The notes under the pieces are model-generated. The model worked only from the letters and a program-made list of their open reading frames with translations, was not told the DNA's origin and made no database searches. 64,000 nucleotides of DNA, from the IMG/VR virus record IMGVR_UViG_3300036766_000686, positions 27,711 to 91,710 of that record; one strand, 5' to 3'. Positions 49,501 to 57,530 of this stretch are shown here, piece after piece. Numbering within the stretch: the stretch's first letter is position 1; every line of letters begins with the position of its first letter. Source of the stretch: a virus. Made by a program: the position numbers and the translations under genes.

Positions 49501-51738
49501 CCACTTGTGCGCTTGATGGTTGGAGTTGGAAACAAGTATCTCCCCAACAAAATAGTTGTGGTTGCCTTCGACCTCTATATCAAAGCGCCCTTTAGAACGA
49601 GAAAATGAAACTCGCCTCGACCATTTGACCTTACGAGGGATTATTCCTTCGTAAGGTTCTTCGGCATGTCTCCACCCTTGACCAATGACATTAAGTCCGG
49701 TTCCGCCTAACTTATACGCCATATCTTCGCAAAACCAAGGGGCGCATTTTTGCAGAATAAGTTTTGTACCCTTACTACTAAACGCCAAATATTCGTAACC
49801 GCGAGATAGATAGATTTTAACTTCAAATCCGAAACTACAAAAATAGTTTTTGATTAGCTTATTCTCTTTCGAAGAAAACCCTTCTGTATGAAGTAACAAC
49901 CTTGGAGACTTATTCCAAGCAATAGACCCGTCGTCCATAATCCAAGCAGCCCAAGAAACCGGGGACAATTTATACAGAAAATCTTTGGTGATCGTTTTTT
50001 TGAGTGCCCCGTCCGGATGTAGTTCTTCCCAGATTTCCAGTAATCCAACGTCGGAGCGCGAGTCCCACCTTACTCCGGGGTGCCCAAACTGAGATATCCT
50101 CGGCTTAATCTCGCCTCCTAAAACGCCAAGCAATCTCGATTTCCATTCCAAATACGCCTGTTGCTTTATCGAGTGAGAAATAGAGACATACGGAGACTGA
50201 GATTCTTTTTGACGAGGTAAAGACGTATCCCCCATTAAAGAACCACGCAAAAAATCCTCCCTTTCCTTTCCAAGAACACTTCCGCGAACACAAACAAGAT
50301 CGTTGGCTTTAATGTCGGATGCGTTTTGTTTTGTGCCTGATGCGGTGTAAATACCGTGATTGCCCGTACAGGTAAGCATCCGCCTTCTTCCGTTTTCGCC
50401 AGAGCATCCAAATGAGGTGTACTCATGGCACGAACCGTTAGTAAACCAATTTGTTACCGGCTTCCACTCAACTCTCTTTGTTTCCCAGTTATACGATTTA
50501 ACTTTTACTTTCAACCGAGCATTTACAATCTCCCCTATCGGCAACGAACCTCTGTTCGTTTCGATCTTTGTTCGATACGGAAAACACCCGTCATACTTTT
50601 TTTGAACTAAAGTCGGTAACCACTCGTCCTCGTTCTCCTCGAATAGCGTTATGAAGTTTTCGACGGTCTGAGGCTGATCGGGGTATTCGGGACGGTAGGG
50701 TTTCATCATTGGGAAAAACTTGCCCAGCGTGATCCCCTCGACCTTTCCTACGCTGAAATAACGAGACGCGAACGCCCCGTCCTCCTCGTCCAATTTTGCA
50801 ATCGCCATCTGTGTCAAGAATTCGTACCCCTTGCGGGAGTTCGCTTTGTAATACTCCCACAAGGATTGCAGGTACTTTTCCATCTCTCGAAAATTGAAGC
50901 GACGCCGATCCACTTCATTATCAAGATCAAGCTTCCATTGCTTCGCCAACTTTGAGACGGCTTCAGGAGCCTCACGACCACGCCCCACCGCGTACCCCGA
51001 GCAACGCGGAGGCATTCCTTCTGCTTTCGGCTCGCGGCTCAACATCACGCGCCCGTACCCGCCCGCGATAAAAATGGACGCGGCGTCGAAGGACTTGATC
51101 ACATCGAAATAGGGTAGAAACTTGCGCAGTCTCGAACCTACGCCTAAAAGGTGAATGTCGTTTAGAGGAGGAACCTTGGCCAACTTGTACCGCTCACTCA
51201 CGCGGTTCGCAATCGCGGTCCACTGCGCGGGGGTCATAAATTGAATCGTGTACCCCGCGGGCATTTTCTTTTCCAAATGCCAATCGCCCATCGGGGTTTT
51301 CTCCCCCGCGAGAAACCCCGCCCAACACAAGCGCCCCCCGTCCTTGTACCAAGACTGAGCGTGGGTATGTACCTTGAACCACATATGGTCAACGACGATC
51401 GGAGACAGACCTGATTCCTTCATCTTGAGGTAGTGGTTGACCGTGACCTTCGTCTCCAGAGGGTCGTCGAGGACGATATATTCATCAAACAATTCCTTAT
51501 GCTCGTTGAGCCATCGCACGTACCCGTCCAATGTCACCGAGCCCGGGTGGGCGATATTCGAGTGGGCGCCTGAATCGAGAATAAACTTGACCCCGTTCTT
51601 AACGCCTTTCTCGATTCCCTCCAGATACCCCGCGCCTCTGCGCGCGTAGGCGTAGGAAACGAGGATGTGCTTTGCACCTTCTTCCATCAAGAAGTGGATT
51701 CGGTCAGGGTTGTTGGCGACGTAATAACAGTTAAACAT
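46531..51738 (-). CDS. Polyprotein: TGT/DpdA-like + ATP-dependent ligase (intein) + LigD 3'-phosphoesterase-like domain(s) + XkdF-type prohead protease
   Basis: ILDSGAHS/LDD/IHLLG/SFDAAS; QKKYDG, YDVL, SEGVVCK, QIKYH; VVQNHFRG..HNDLRIE; VTGVVLEP..DAQHD..AAHKF..GSW..LTGFSIGG. Confidence 0.82.
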   Translation of the reverse strand: MFNCYYVANNPDRIHFLMEEGAKHILVSYAYARRGAGYLEGIEKGVKNGVKFILDSGAHSNIAHPGSVTLDGYVRWLNEHKELFDEYIVLDDPLETKVTVNHYLKMKESGLSPIVVDHMWFKVHTHAQSWYKDGGRLCWAGFLAGEKTPMGDWHLEKKMPAGYTIQFMTPAQWTAIANRVSERYKLAKVPPLNDIHLLGVGSRLRKFLPYFDVIKSFDAASIFIAGGYGRVMLSREPKAEGMPPRCSGYAVGRGREAPEAVSKLAKQWKLDLDNEVDRRRFNFREMEKYLQSLWEYYKANSRKGYEFLTQMAIAKLDEEDGAFASRYFSVGKVEGITLGKFFPMMKPYRPEYPDQPQTVENFITLFEENEDEWLPTLVQKKYDGCFPYRTKIETNRGSLPIGEIVNARLKVKVKSYNWETKRVEWKPVTNWFTNGSCHEYTSFGCSGENGRRRMLTCTGNHGIYTASGTKQNASDIKANDLVCVRGSVLGKEREDFLRGSLMGDTSLPRQKESQSPYVSISHSIKQQAYLEWKSRLLGVLGGEIKPRISQFGHPGVRWDSRSDVGLLEIWEELHPDGALKKTITKDFLYKLSPVSWAAWIMDDGSIAWNKSPRLLLHTEGFSSKENKLIKNYFCSFGFEVKIYLSRGYEYLAFSSKGTKLILQKCAPWFCEDMAYKLGGTGLNVIGQGWRHAEEPYEGIIPRKVKWSRRVSFSRSKGRFDIEVEGNHNYFVGEILVSNSNHQAHKWDGKVRIFSEDGTDNTDRLPNVVKELLALPVDPLVVPMEIEAWEGSQHMPREVASGYIHSTGAPDDSNLVCNIYDVLWYGKEGDIHVKEAAYRLGLLSKLGVKQGTKGAPDLRYCLNVAPFVVVDNTRDLERVVREYRTLPGSEGVVCKQVDAPYLLALTHPDYQIKYHNATVFTAVILGKKKTAGGAWAYQYGVLPGREKPATIVQVKEQDVVPMGDTFTTSLDLEMGDLLRIEGETINLTRSPQGIDISAWVPRVLSEGHGGANTVDEVVTQARRDLVLQEKDVDVKGNVSYRPTGQGVRKSRTVAELLVEAGPPNEWSGAVAAFLGSEGRKKVKTLWEALSERDKRKVKEAFEQRWESDDVAMELEHSYPDLAKGLAKQQDPYLEVPPEDGAYRYVVQNHFRGASVHNDLRIEMRPKDLLAGWTLNTQIPGNPDRPILSLADARRWIAEDGKQKINWKTGEWATRPKGGTDKLVRAEIQSERKAPEPYAWIDVEGKTKDPQPGQPPPVGGTRQYPGVFLILDQGTVEYGAQKSWFHEYFFHGKALNYRMFFRELAFNSANKGECCETHPESEATVAIGWAEGDKALLCLDCAKELLKKADVVLPPSEDQGMGDEAAWLAIYPDDPTPYVLGKEAVDKKWMPPDGYSALPKAVRVQVPKGFQYWDKRGQEALAMRDALVDAIAKGEVKLDFEAPYKRAQKSLLDAEFVLQDQTWRGPIQIRLGPSRRRWFIRVDLGVGDLLVFEMPQDPLSNEQISTMVSHDGHRDSMGIEGVVKPGHYLNPTKETPSFVDAVDRGRAEILSQSDTFIKARFHGKKLKGVYTLTRNAQSNQWLWAPSQEAPEVQSAEKRYDFEIFVPVYRVELRKGADGQEKRLVTGVVLEPNVIDAQHDYEEPETIERAAHKFLMNYNKPVGQNGTQLGLMHRAFGDLGIELVESYVAPAEFALGNEKVKKGSWIMTVHVTSDKVWSDVKAGKLTGFSIGGVATIAS
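49525..50586 (-). mobile_element. Intein in ligase motif I (354 aa) with in-frame LAGLIDADG endonuclease
   Basis: KYDG|CFPYRTKI; CTGNH; GSLMGD and WIMDDG; ends FDIEVEGNHNYFVGEILVSN|S. Confidence 0.92.
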
Positions 51739-52846
51739 TTTGTAACTCCATGCACCACCGAACTATCTCGGCAAGGCTCTTTTCATATTTCAACGCGTGT
51801 CCTCTCACGGAGAACGGGAACGCGATGGCGTCCTCTATCAATCGCACTTGTTCCTCCAAGTCATGCGCCTCAAACATACAACGCCTTTCTCCATCCAAAA
51901 GCTGAGGGTGGGAAAAACCAAAGGGAACAATTGGTATTGTATCCAATGCCATCGCTTCCAGCACACAATAACCAAAGTTTTCCTCGATCGTATTGCTGAC
52001 CATGACCTTCGCTCGTGAAAGAAGGCAAAGGTACTCGCGCTTCGAAATGCCTTCCCGTATCTCGATTACCCCCCGCCTTTGAAGTTCCAACGCTCTCTCT
52101 CTCAGTTCCCCCGCCCCCCACTGCCTCCTACTTGTCGTGACAAGGAAACGCCAATCAGGGTGCCGAAGTTTCAAGGACTCGAAAACTGTTAGCGACACCC
52201 CGGGGCGTTTCTCGAAATCAGGACGATTGGTTAATATTATTAGGTTCTCCTTCGCTCCATTCTGCGCTCCTACAAGCTCCCCAAGCTCCCCGAGCTTGTA
52301 TGGGTTGCCGGAAACGACGATCTTGGAATCTGGGACGCCCCTGCGCTCCGCAAGCTGCCCCTTGTGATACTCAGAGCCAACGAATAGCAGGTCAAACACC
52401 GCTCCCCACCCTCGCTCATAGTGTCGAGCGAACGGAGCACACTTTTCCATGAAGTCCTCACGCGTATAGGAACCGGCGTGAACGAACCCCGCCATCTTGA
52501 CGTCCACTCCGTTCAACGTCGCCAAGTACCTGATCGATTCAATGCCCCAGAACTCCACGTCCGCAACAAAAAACAAGTCCTTGTTTTTGATCGTTCCTTC
52601 GTGAAACAACCTCGCAACTTTCCTCAACTGTGTTGCCTTGTAGTGGAGCGTGGAGTTGACGTCGAGGAACGTTCCTACTTGAATCTCGTTGCTAAGCGCC
52701 TCTCCGTCAATCGTCCTGCACTCGGCTCTCTGTCGAGCAAACTCCTCGGGGAACCAGCGGTACCACTGCTCCGTGTATCGTTCGTCAAGAGGTTCAATAG
52801 GTAGGTACCAGATCACCTTCCACCTCGCTTGCAAACCCAAATCCAA
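51731..52846 (-). CDS. GT-B (GT4-like) glycosyltransferase
   Basis: NRPDFEK, EENFGYCVLEAM. Confidence 0.85.
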   Translation of the reverse strand: MDLGLQARWKVIWYLPIEPLDERYTEQWYRWFPEEFARQRAECRTIDGEALSNEIQVGTFLDVNSTLHYKATQLRKVARLFHEGTIKNKDLFFVADVEFWGIESIRYLATLNGVDVKMAGFVHAGSYTREDFMEKCAPFARHYERGWGAVFDLLFVGSEYHKGQLAERRGVPDSKIVVSGNPYKLGELGELVGAQNGAKENLIILTNRPDFEKRPGVSLTVFESLKLRHPDWRFLVTTSRRQWGAGELRERALELQRRGVIEIREGISKREYLCLLSRAKVMVSNTIEENFGYCVLEAMALDTIPIVPFGFSHPQLLDGERRCMFEAHDLEEQVRLIEDAIAFPFSVRGHALKYEKSLAEIVRWCMELQNV

Positions 52847-53325
52847 CTTCCCCCTCTTATTCTACCTCGAACCTCAACCGCTCGTGACAAGTAAAACCTC
52901 GATTCCGAAAGAAATCTGAGGACGTTTATTTTACAGTCCCTATTCGCCGTGATCACCAACACCCCGCCGCGTCTCGTTATTTCGTAAGCTCGATAGATCG
53001 CCTGCGCCACTTCGTGTTCGCTATTCAACCCATACCCTATCAACCCAACCATTAGAACGTTATCGAAGGGAACGACGGGGTAGAAATCTTGCAGCTTTAC
53101 CACCCTGTGTTGTTTCATCCCGTAGACCGATCGCTCGGGTTCGCAGTCAATCGACTCCGCGCCCTCGGGGAAGTGCTCGGGACGGGTATGCCAGTCCACG
53201 CCTACGACCAACGTCGCCCCGCGCAACTGGGCGTAGATTGCTCGCAGGACACGACGTTCCGAGGGCTCCCAGATTCCTGCCCGCCACAACTGCACCCAAA
53301 ACCATTCGCTCAGTCTATTCCACAT
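52813..53325 (-). CDS. Class I SAM-methyltransferase-like protein (divergent)
   Basis: TLVVGV, FDNVLMVGLIGY, TRRGGVLVIT; start set to ATG 53325. Confidence 0.55.
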   Translation of the reverse strand: MWNRLSEWFWVQLWRAGIWEPSERRVLRAIYAQLRGATLVVGVDWHTRPEHFPEGAESIDCEPERSVYGMKQHRVVKLQDFYPVVPFDNVLMVGLIGYGLNSEHEVAQAIYRAYEITRRGGVLVITANRDCKINVLRFLSESRFYLSRAVEVRGRIRGGSWIWVCKRGGR

Positions 53326-54073
53326 CACAACCATTCTCCCCGTCCTCGTACAAGGACACACGGACGAGACGATCGGGAAAAGTAATTTCGAGTTGTCGCT
53401 TGATATGTCGCGCCGCCGCCTCGCAGGACATGCCGCGGGGTCGCTCCCATTTCGTCTCCAACATATCGTTCACGATATCCCGGACCTTCGCGCGTAAAAT
53501 AAAATACTCCAGTTCTCTATCTCCCTCGAACTGCTGGACGCGGGCGCGGACGTGAAAAATATGCCGATGCGGAAAACGCAAAAACCCGACCTCGTCCGGC
53601 GCCTGCTCCCATGCGTGAAACTCCTCGAACTTCCAACCCACACTCGCCCAAGTGATTTCGTCAAAAGGTTGGACACTTCGAAAAAGCCAATACTTGTGAT
53701 CCACCAGCCTCTCGCGCTCACGCGGGTAAAGCTCGCGGAACAACGCTTCCTTTTCACGAGGGCGCAATTCTTCCTCAAGCCACGGCGTGTTCATTTCCAC
53801 CGAGTAGTACATCAATCGAGCGGGGAGCAGGAGTCCGATCCTGCGCACCAAATGGTGAAGCGGGTGCAGGTCGAAGCGCGAAGGAACGAACACTGTATCC
53901 CCCGCCACGATGCGCCCCACGCTATCCGCTTCCCACTTAGAGTAACGCGGATCCGCCTTTATCGCGTCCACTCTATAATCGTCCGTGAAATAGAAAATAC
54001 GATCGATCGTGTCCAAGACGTGAAAACAACCGATCACTTCGTCGTCCAGATGTGGTGCGAGAATATAACGCAT
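53315..54073 (-). CDS. PIG-L/LmbE-like deacetylase fused to QueD-like T-fold domain (DpdL-like)
   Basis: APHLDDEVIG and HPLH; C-terminal FHAW..FLRFPHRHIF..SCE..VSLYEDGENG. Confidence 0.7.
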   Translation of the reverse strand: MRYILAPHLDDEVIGCFHVLDTIDRIFYFTDDYRVDAIKADPRYSKWEADSVGRIVAGDTVFVPSRFDLHPLHHLVRRIGLLLPARLMYYSVEMNTPWLEEELRPREKEALFRELYPRERERLVDHKYWLFRSVQPFDEITWASVGWKFEEFHAWEQAPDEVGFLRFPHRHIFHVRARVQQFEGDRELEYFILRAKVRDIVNDMLETKWERPRGMSCEAAARHIKRQLEITFPDRLVRVSLYEDGENGCDVE

Positions 54074-54075
54074 AA

Positions 54076-54684
54076 CTACAACCCCAACAGGCGCAACGCC
54101 TCGTCCCGCCCCCGATGGTCCTCAAGCCAGTCGCCAAGTATTGCGCTTGTCCTCATAACGGAGTGCGGTTGTTGTACCCCTCGCGCAACCATGCACATGT
54201 GGGTTCCTTCGACGATCACCGCAACCGCACGGGGAGAGATCGCCTGATCGATCGTCTCCGCAATCTGTCGGGTCATGCGCTCTTGTATCTGCAATCTTCG
54301 CGCCACATGATTCGTTATCCGTGCGAGCTTCGAAGCACCCAAGACGTGTCCAACGCCATCTTGCGACACGGCGGGCAGGTAGGCGATATGGCATTGCCCA
54401 AAAAAGGGCATCATGTGGTGCTCACAAAAGGAGAAATAGTCGATCCCTTTGATTGCCACAACCTCGTCGTAGGTTTCATCGAACACGCGAATTTGCCCGC
54501 CGATATCCTCAGTATACCCCGCGAACAACGTCTCCCACGCTTTAACCACGCGCTTCGGAGTATCACGAAGCCCTTGCCTGTCGGGGTCGTCTCCGATGAG
54601 CGTGATCAACTCGCGGATAAGACGCTCCGCGCGTTCCCTCTTGCCTACATCAACTGCTCCCACGTATTCTGCCTCCATTGTCAA
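54076..54684 (-). CDS. folE: GTP cyclohydrolase I
   Basis: GLRDTPKRV, CEHHMMPF, SKLAR, RLQIQER, HMCMVARG. Confidence 0.95.
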   Translation of the reverse strand: MTMEAEYVGAVDVGKRERAERLIRELITLIGDDPDRQGLRDTPKRVVKAWETLFAGYTEDIGGQIRVFDETYDEVVAIKGIDYFSFCEHHMMPFFGQCHIAYLPAVSQDGVGHVLGASKLARITNHVARRLQIQERMTRQIAETIDQAISPRAVAVIVEGTHMCMVARGVQQPHSVMRTSAILGDWLEDHRGRDEALRLLGL

Positions 54685-54702
54685 CTCCTTGCCTCCTTCA
54701 GT

Positions 54703-55350
54703 TCATTTAATTTTCCAAACCTTGTGTTGTTGCACCGATAGACGAAGCCTCGGGTTATCTTTTACTTTTTCTATGCACCACGCCAGCGCTGCCTCGTCAA
54801 TCTCATTGCCTCGCGTTGCTGGAGAAACGTAAACGAGGGCGGCGGGGGAAATTGGCAACATAGGCTCAAGGACTTTTTGTCCCGTGGTGATTACGAACCT
54901 GACCTCGTCTGCCCTCTTGATCACTTCGTCCCTCAGCGGGTGACGAGTGGGGAACTTGGGAGAGACCGAAACCCAATCTAGTTCGGCGGGAGGAAGTTTG
55001 ACTGTGCCGTTCGTCTCGATTGCGATATACTCGAAATACTCTCTAAGCGTCTCCAGCAATTTGCCATCGACTTGCAACGTAGGTTCGCCCCCCGTCAACA
55101 ACAGGGCGCGATTATCGTACCCTCCCGACACACGAATCCCATCCGTAATGATTTCAGAGGCGGTAAGGCTGTCGCATTTACTGTGGTCGGTATCGCAATC
55201 GAAGCCCCCGGGCGATAGCGGGCCGGGTTGCATACGGCAACGAAGGTTACACCCCGCAAAGCGAACGAATACAAAAGGTCGCCCCGCGTTCGCTCCCTCG
55301 CCCTGCAAGGAATAGAATATTTCGGATATGCCGTAGCGCTTCGCCTTCAC
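54703..55350 (-). CDS. queE: 7-carboxy-7-deazaguanine synthase (radical SAM)
   Basis: EIFYSLQGEG, FVRFAGCNLRC, CDT, LTGGEP, IETNG, VSPK, LSVQQHK; GTG start overlaps queD stop. Confidence 0.92.
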   Translation of the reverse strand: MKAKRYGISEIFYSLQGEGANAGRPFVFVRFAGCNLRCRMQPGPLSPGGFDCDTDHSKCDSLTASEIITDGIRVSGGYDNRALLLTGGEPTLQVDGKLLETLREYFEYIAIETNGTVKLPPAELDWVSVSPKFPTRHPLRDEVIKRADEVRFVITTGQKVLEPMLPISPAALVYVSPATRGNEIDEAALAWCIEKVKDNPRLRLSVQQHKVWKIK

Positions 55351-55793
55351 CCCGTCACCTCCGCTTTGCTGTCCTCTGTTTCCCACACCGTTACTTTCGA
55401 TACGCTGATCCACGGCATGTCCGCAAACAACTTCCGAGACACGTCAAGCAATAACGCTGCCATCTCCTCTGCGGTTGGGTTCGACAACATTGGGTACTCC
55501 TTAGTGTCCAGAGGCACGTTCCCCGAAATCGTGGGCAACGTGAGCCCCAACGGCGAGTCCTCTTGGTGGCGTAGATACGCATGGTCCCAAAACGAATCGA
55601 GCCACGCGCCTATTCGCGCTTTGATCTGGGAGAAATCAACAACCATTCCCGTTGTCTCATTCACGCCCCCGTCTATTCTACGCAACGAGACCTCAATCTT
55701 GTATTCGTGCCCGTGAACGTTAAAGCATTTTCCTTCATGAAATCTCAGCCTGTGCGCCGCACTTATTCGAAATATCTTGGTAACGGTTATCAT
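55347..55793 (-). CDS. queD: 6-carboxy-tetrahydropterin synthase
   Basis: AAHRL..KCFNVHGH, VVDF, DH, NPTAE, VWET. Confidence 0.92.
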   Translation of the reverse strand: MITVTKIFRISAAHRLRFHEGKCFNVHGHEYKIEVSLRRIDGGVNETTGMVVDFSQIKARIGAWLDSFWDHAYLRHQEDSPLGLTLPTISGNVPLDTKEYPMLSNPTAEEMAALLLDVSRKLFADMPWISVSKVTVWETEDSKAEVTG

Positions 55794-55819
55794 CCTTTCT
55801 CCTCCTGTTTTTACTTGCC

Positions 55820-57268
55820 TTAGTCGTCCTCAAAGGATTTTTGCATCGCCAAAAAGTACCCTTCTTCGCGTTCGTCCAACGGTTCATCCTCCGCGGACTT
55901 CTCAATCGCAAGACGCATTTCCTTGACCTCGTTGTTTGTCGAACGTTCCAAAACTAGATCGAATAACTCCATGTGGTTCGTGAACGGCCCGCGCTTTCGG
56001 TCATAGTGAATGGACAAGCGCTTCGCCACGTCTCCCGATAACGCTCGTCCCAAACGAAACGCCAACACTTCCTTGAGCCAATCGGGAACGTTCGTCTCCT
56101 CGTCGTTGACAAGGATATCAATGTCACCTTCCGTCTCTCCGTGATTGGCCAACCCCCCAACCAACATCACGTAAGGCGTCCTAACCTTGAACGTCTTGAA
56201 GTTGTCCACCACGTCGTTGATCTTGATCAAGGGACCAAGCTTGTTCCCGGAGTGACGGATATCCATGTACTCGCCCTTTTCCGTTGCCTTCGCTTCAAAG
56301 TCTGCGGACATTTCGTCCAGCCCCGTATCGGGCGGAGGCGGGTGTTTTTCGCCTCTCGCTCTCAACTCGTCCACGACCCTCGCGTGCATATTCACCACGT
56401 CCTCGACGCTCCAGCCGTCCCGCTCTTCCAAATACATGCGGTGCAGTTCATCGTGGGCTTGGCAAAGCCAATCGAGTGACTGCGCGGTAGGGTCGGAATC
56501 GACGTCGAAAACAAATTGGGATTTATACATCGTAGCGGGTACGTTTGCCTCGTTTGCCGTTTCCATAAAAAACCTCCTCACGCTTGTTTTCATCCCCTTC
56601 GGATCGAAGCTCACCACACCTGGCCCCCGTTTCACAAGTTCTTTTAATACCACCACCAACAAGCGCTTGATAGTTGCTAGATCGTAACGGAACCCGCTCG
56701 GGTTTTTGCGCCATGTTGAGTACCACGCCAGCAGTATGCGCATATCGTCCCGCAACTGCGCGTCCGTCATTTCGGCGGGGTTATAGGAGTTTACATCATG
56801 TATCTTGGACAGCCCCTCCACCTGAACGTCTCGCACCGTTACCTGAGGTCCGCTTCCCACGTTCGTCCTCAAGGGGCTATCGAACTTGTCCAGCACTTTA
56901 ACGTTCCAGCAATACAGCGTTCCTTGTTTCCAAGAAGGCTGAGCCTCTGCCCATTGCGCTCTAAGCTCAGAGGTTATTAAGTGTTGCGGCTCAGTTGCGG
57001 CAAACTCCTCATTGCCCATTTCCTTCATCGGGCCAAGATGCACCACGCCAAGCGCCTGACGTTGACTAACAAGAATAAAGTCCTTGTTTGAAATCTCAAA
57101 AGGCTTGGTCTTAACGATCAACGTTTTCCTGCCGTCGATAACCGCGCGAGCCATAAACGAAGGCGACAAGATCAATCCATCGTGAACGTTCAAAGCGGAA
57201 CTCCCGATGGTTGCAGGAGACAGTTTCCCGCCCGTTGCCAACGCGTCACTTGTGATCGCCTTATTCAT
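55820..57268 (-). CDS. Multidomain protein: capsid-like N-terminal peptide + ASCH-like domain + helical domains + Pol-beta-type minimal nucleotidyltransferase
   Basis: AVIDGRKTLIVK..ALGVVHL..LYCW (ASCH); VMLVGGLANHGETEGDIDILV (hGG..DxD). Confidence 0.7.
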   Translation of the reverse strand: MNKAITSDALATGGKLSPATIGSSALNVHDGLILSPSFMARAVIDGRKTLIVKTKPFEISNKDFILVSQRQALGVVHLGPMKEMGNEEFAATEPQHLITSELRAQWAEAQPSWKQGTLYCWNVKVLDKFDSPLRTNVGSGPQVTVRDVQVEGLSKIHDVNSYNPAEMTDAQLRDDMRILLAWYSTWRKNPSGFRYDLATIKRLLVVVLKELVKRGPGVVSFDPKGMKTSVRRFFMETANEANVPATMYKSQFVFDVDSDPTAQSLDWLCQAHDELHRMYLEERDGWSVEDVVNMHARVVDELRARGEKHPPPPDTGLDEMSADFEAKATEKGEYMDIRHSGNKLGPLIKINDVVDNFKTFKVRTPYVMLVGGLANHGETEGDIDILVNDEETNVPDWLKEVLAFRLGRALSGDVAKRLSIHYDRKRGPFTNHMELFDLVLERSTNNEVKEMRLAIEKSAEDEPLDEREEGYFLAMQKSFEDD

Positions 57269-57530
57269 TGATCGGTTCCTCCGTTGTTGAAGTCTTGCCG
57301 TGTTGCTCCATAAAAGCGTCTTGTTGCGTCTCCAATTTTAGGTCCAACTCCTCGAATCTGTTGGCATCAAATAGCAAGCTAAGGCACTTAACGTATTGGG
57401 TATCCGTCATATCGCCTCGTTCCTTCAACACCTCTGCCGATAGTTCAAGTATACGCTCCACCGTCCACGACGGGTCGCGGGTGGATTCCTCAAGGCGATA
57501 CGCCGCCGTACCTTTTTTGGGATCGCTCAT
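57261..57530 (-). CDS. Hypothetical acidic protein
   Basis: ATGA overlap with MuF stop. Confidence 0.6.
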   Translation of the reverse strand: MSDPKKGTAAYRLEESTRDPSWTVERILELSAEVLKERGDMTDTQYVKCLSLLFDANRFEELDLKLETQQDAFMEQHGKTSTTEEPINE

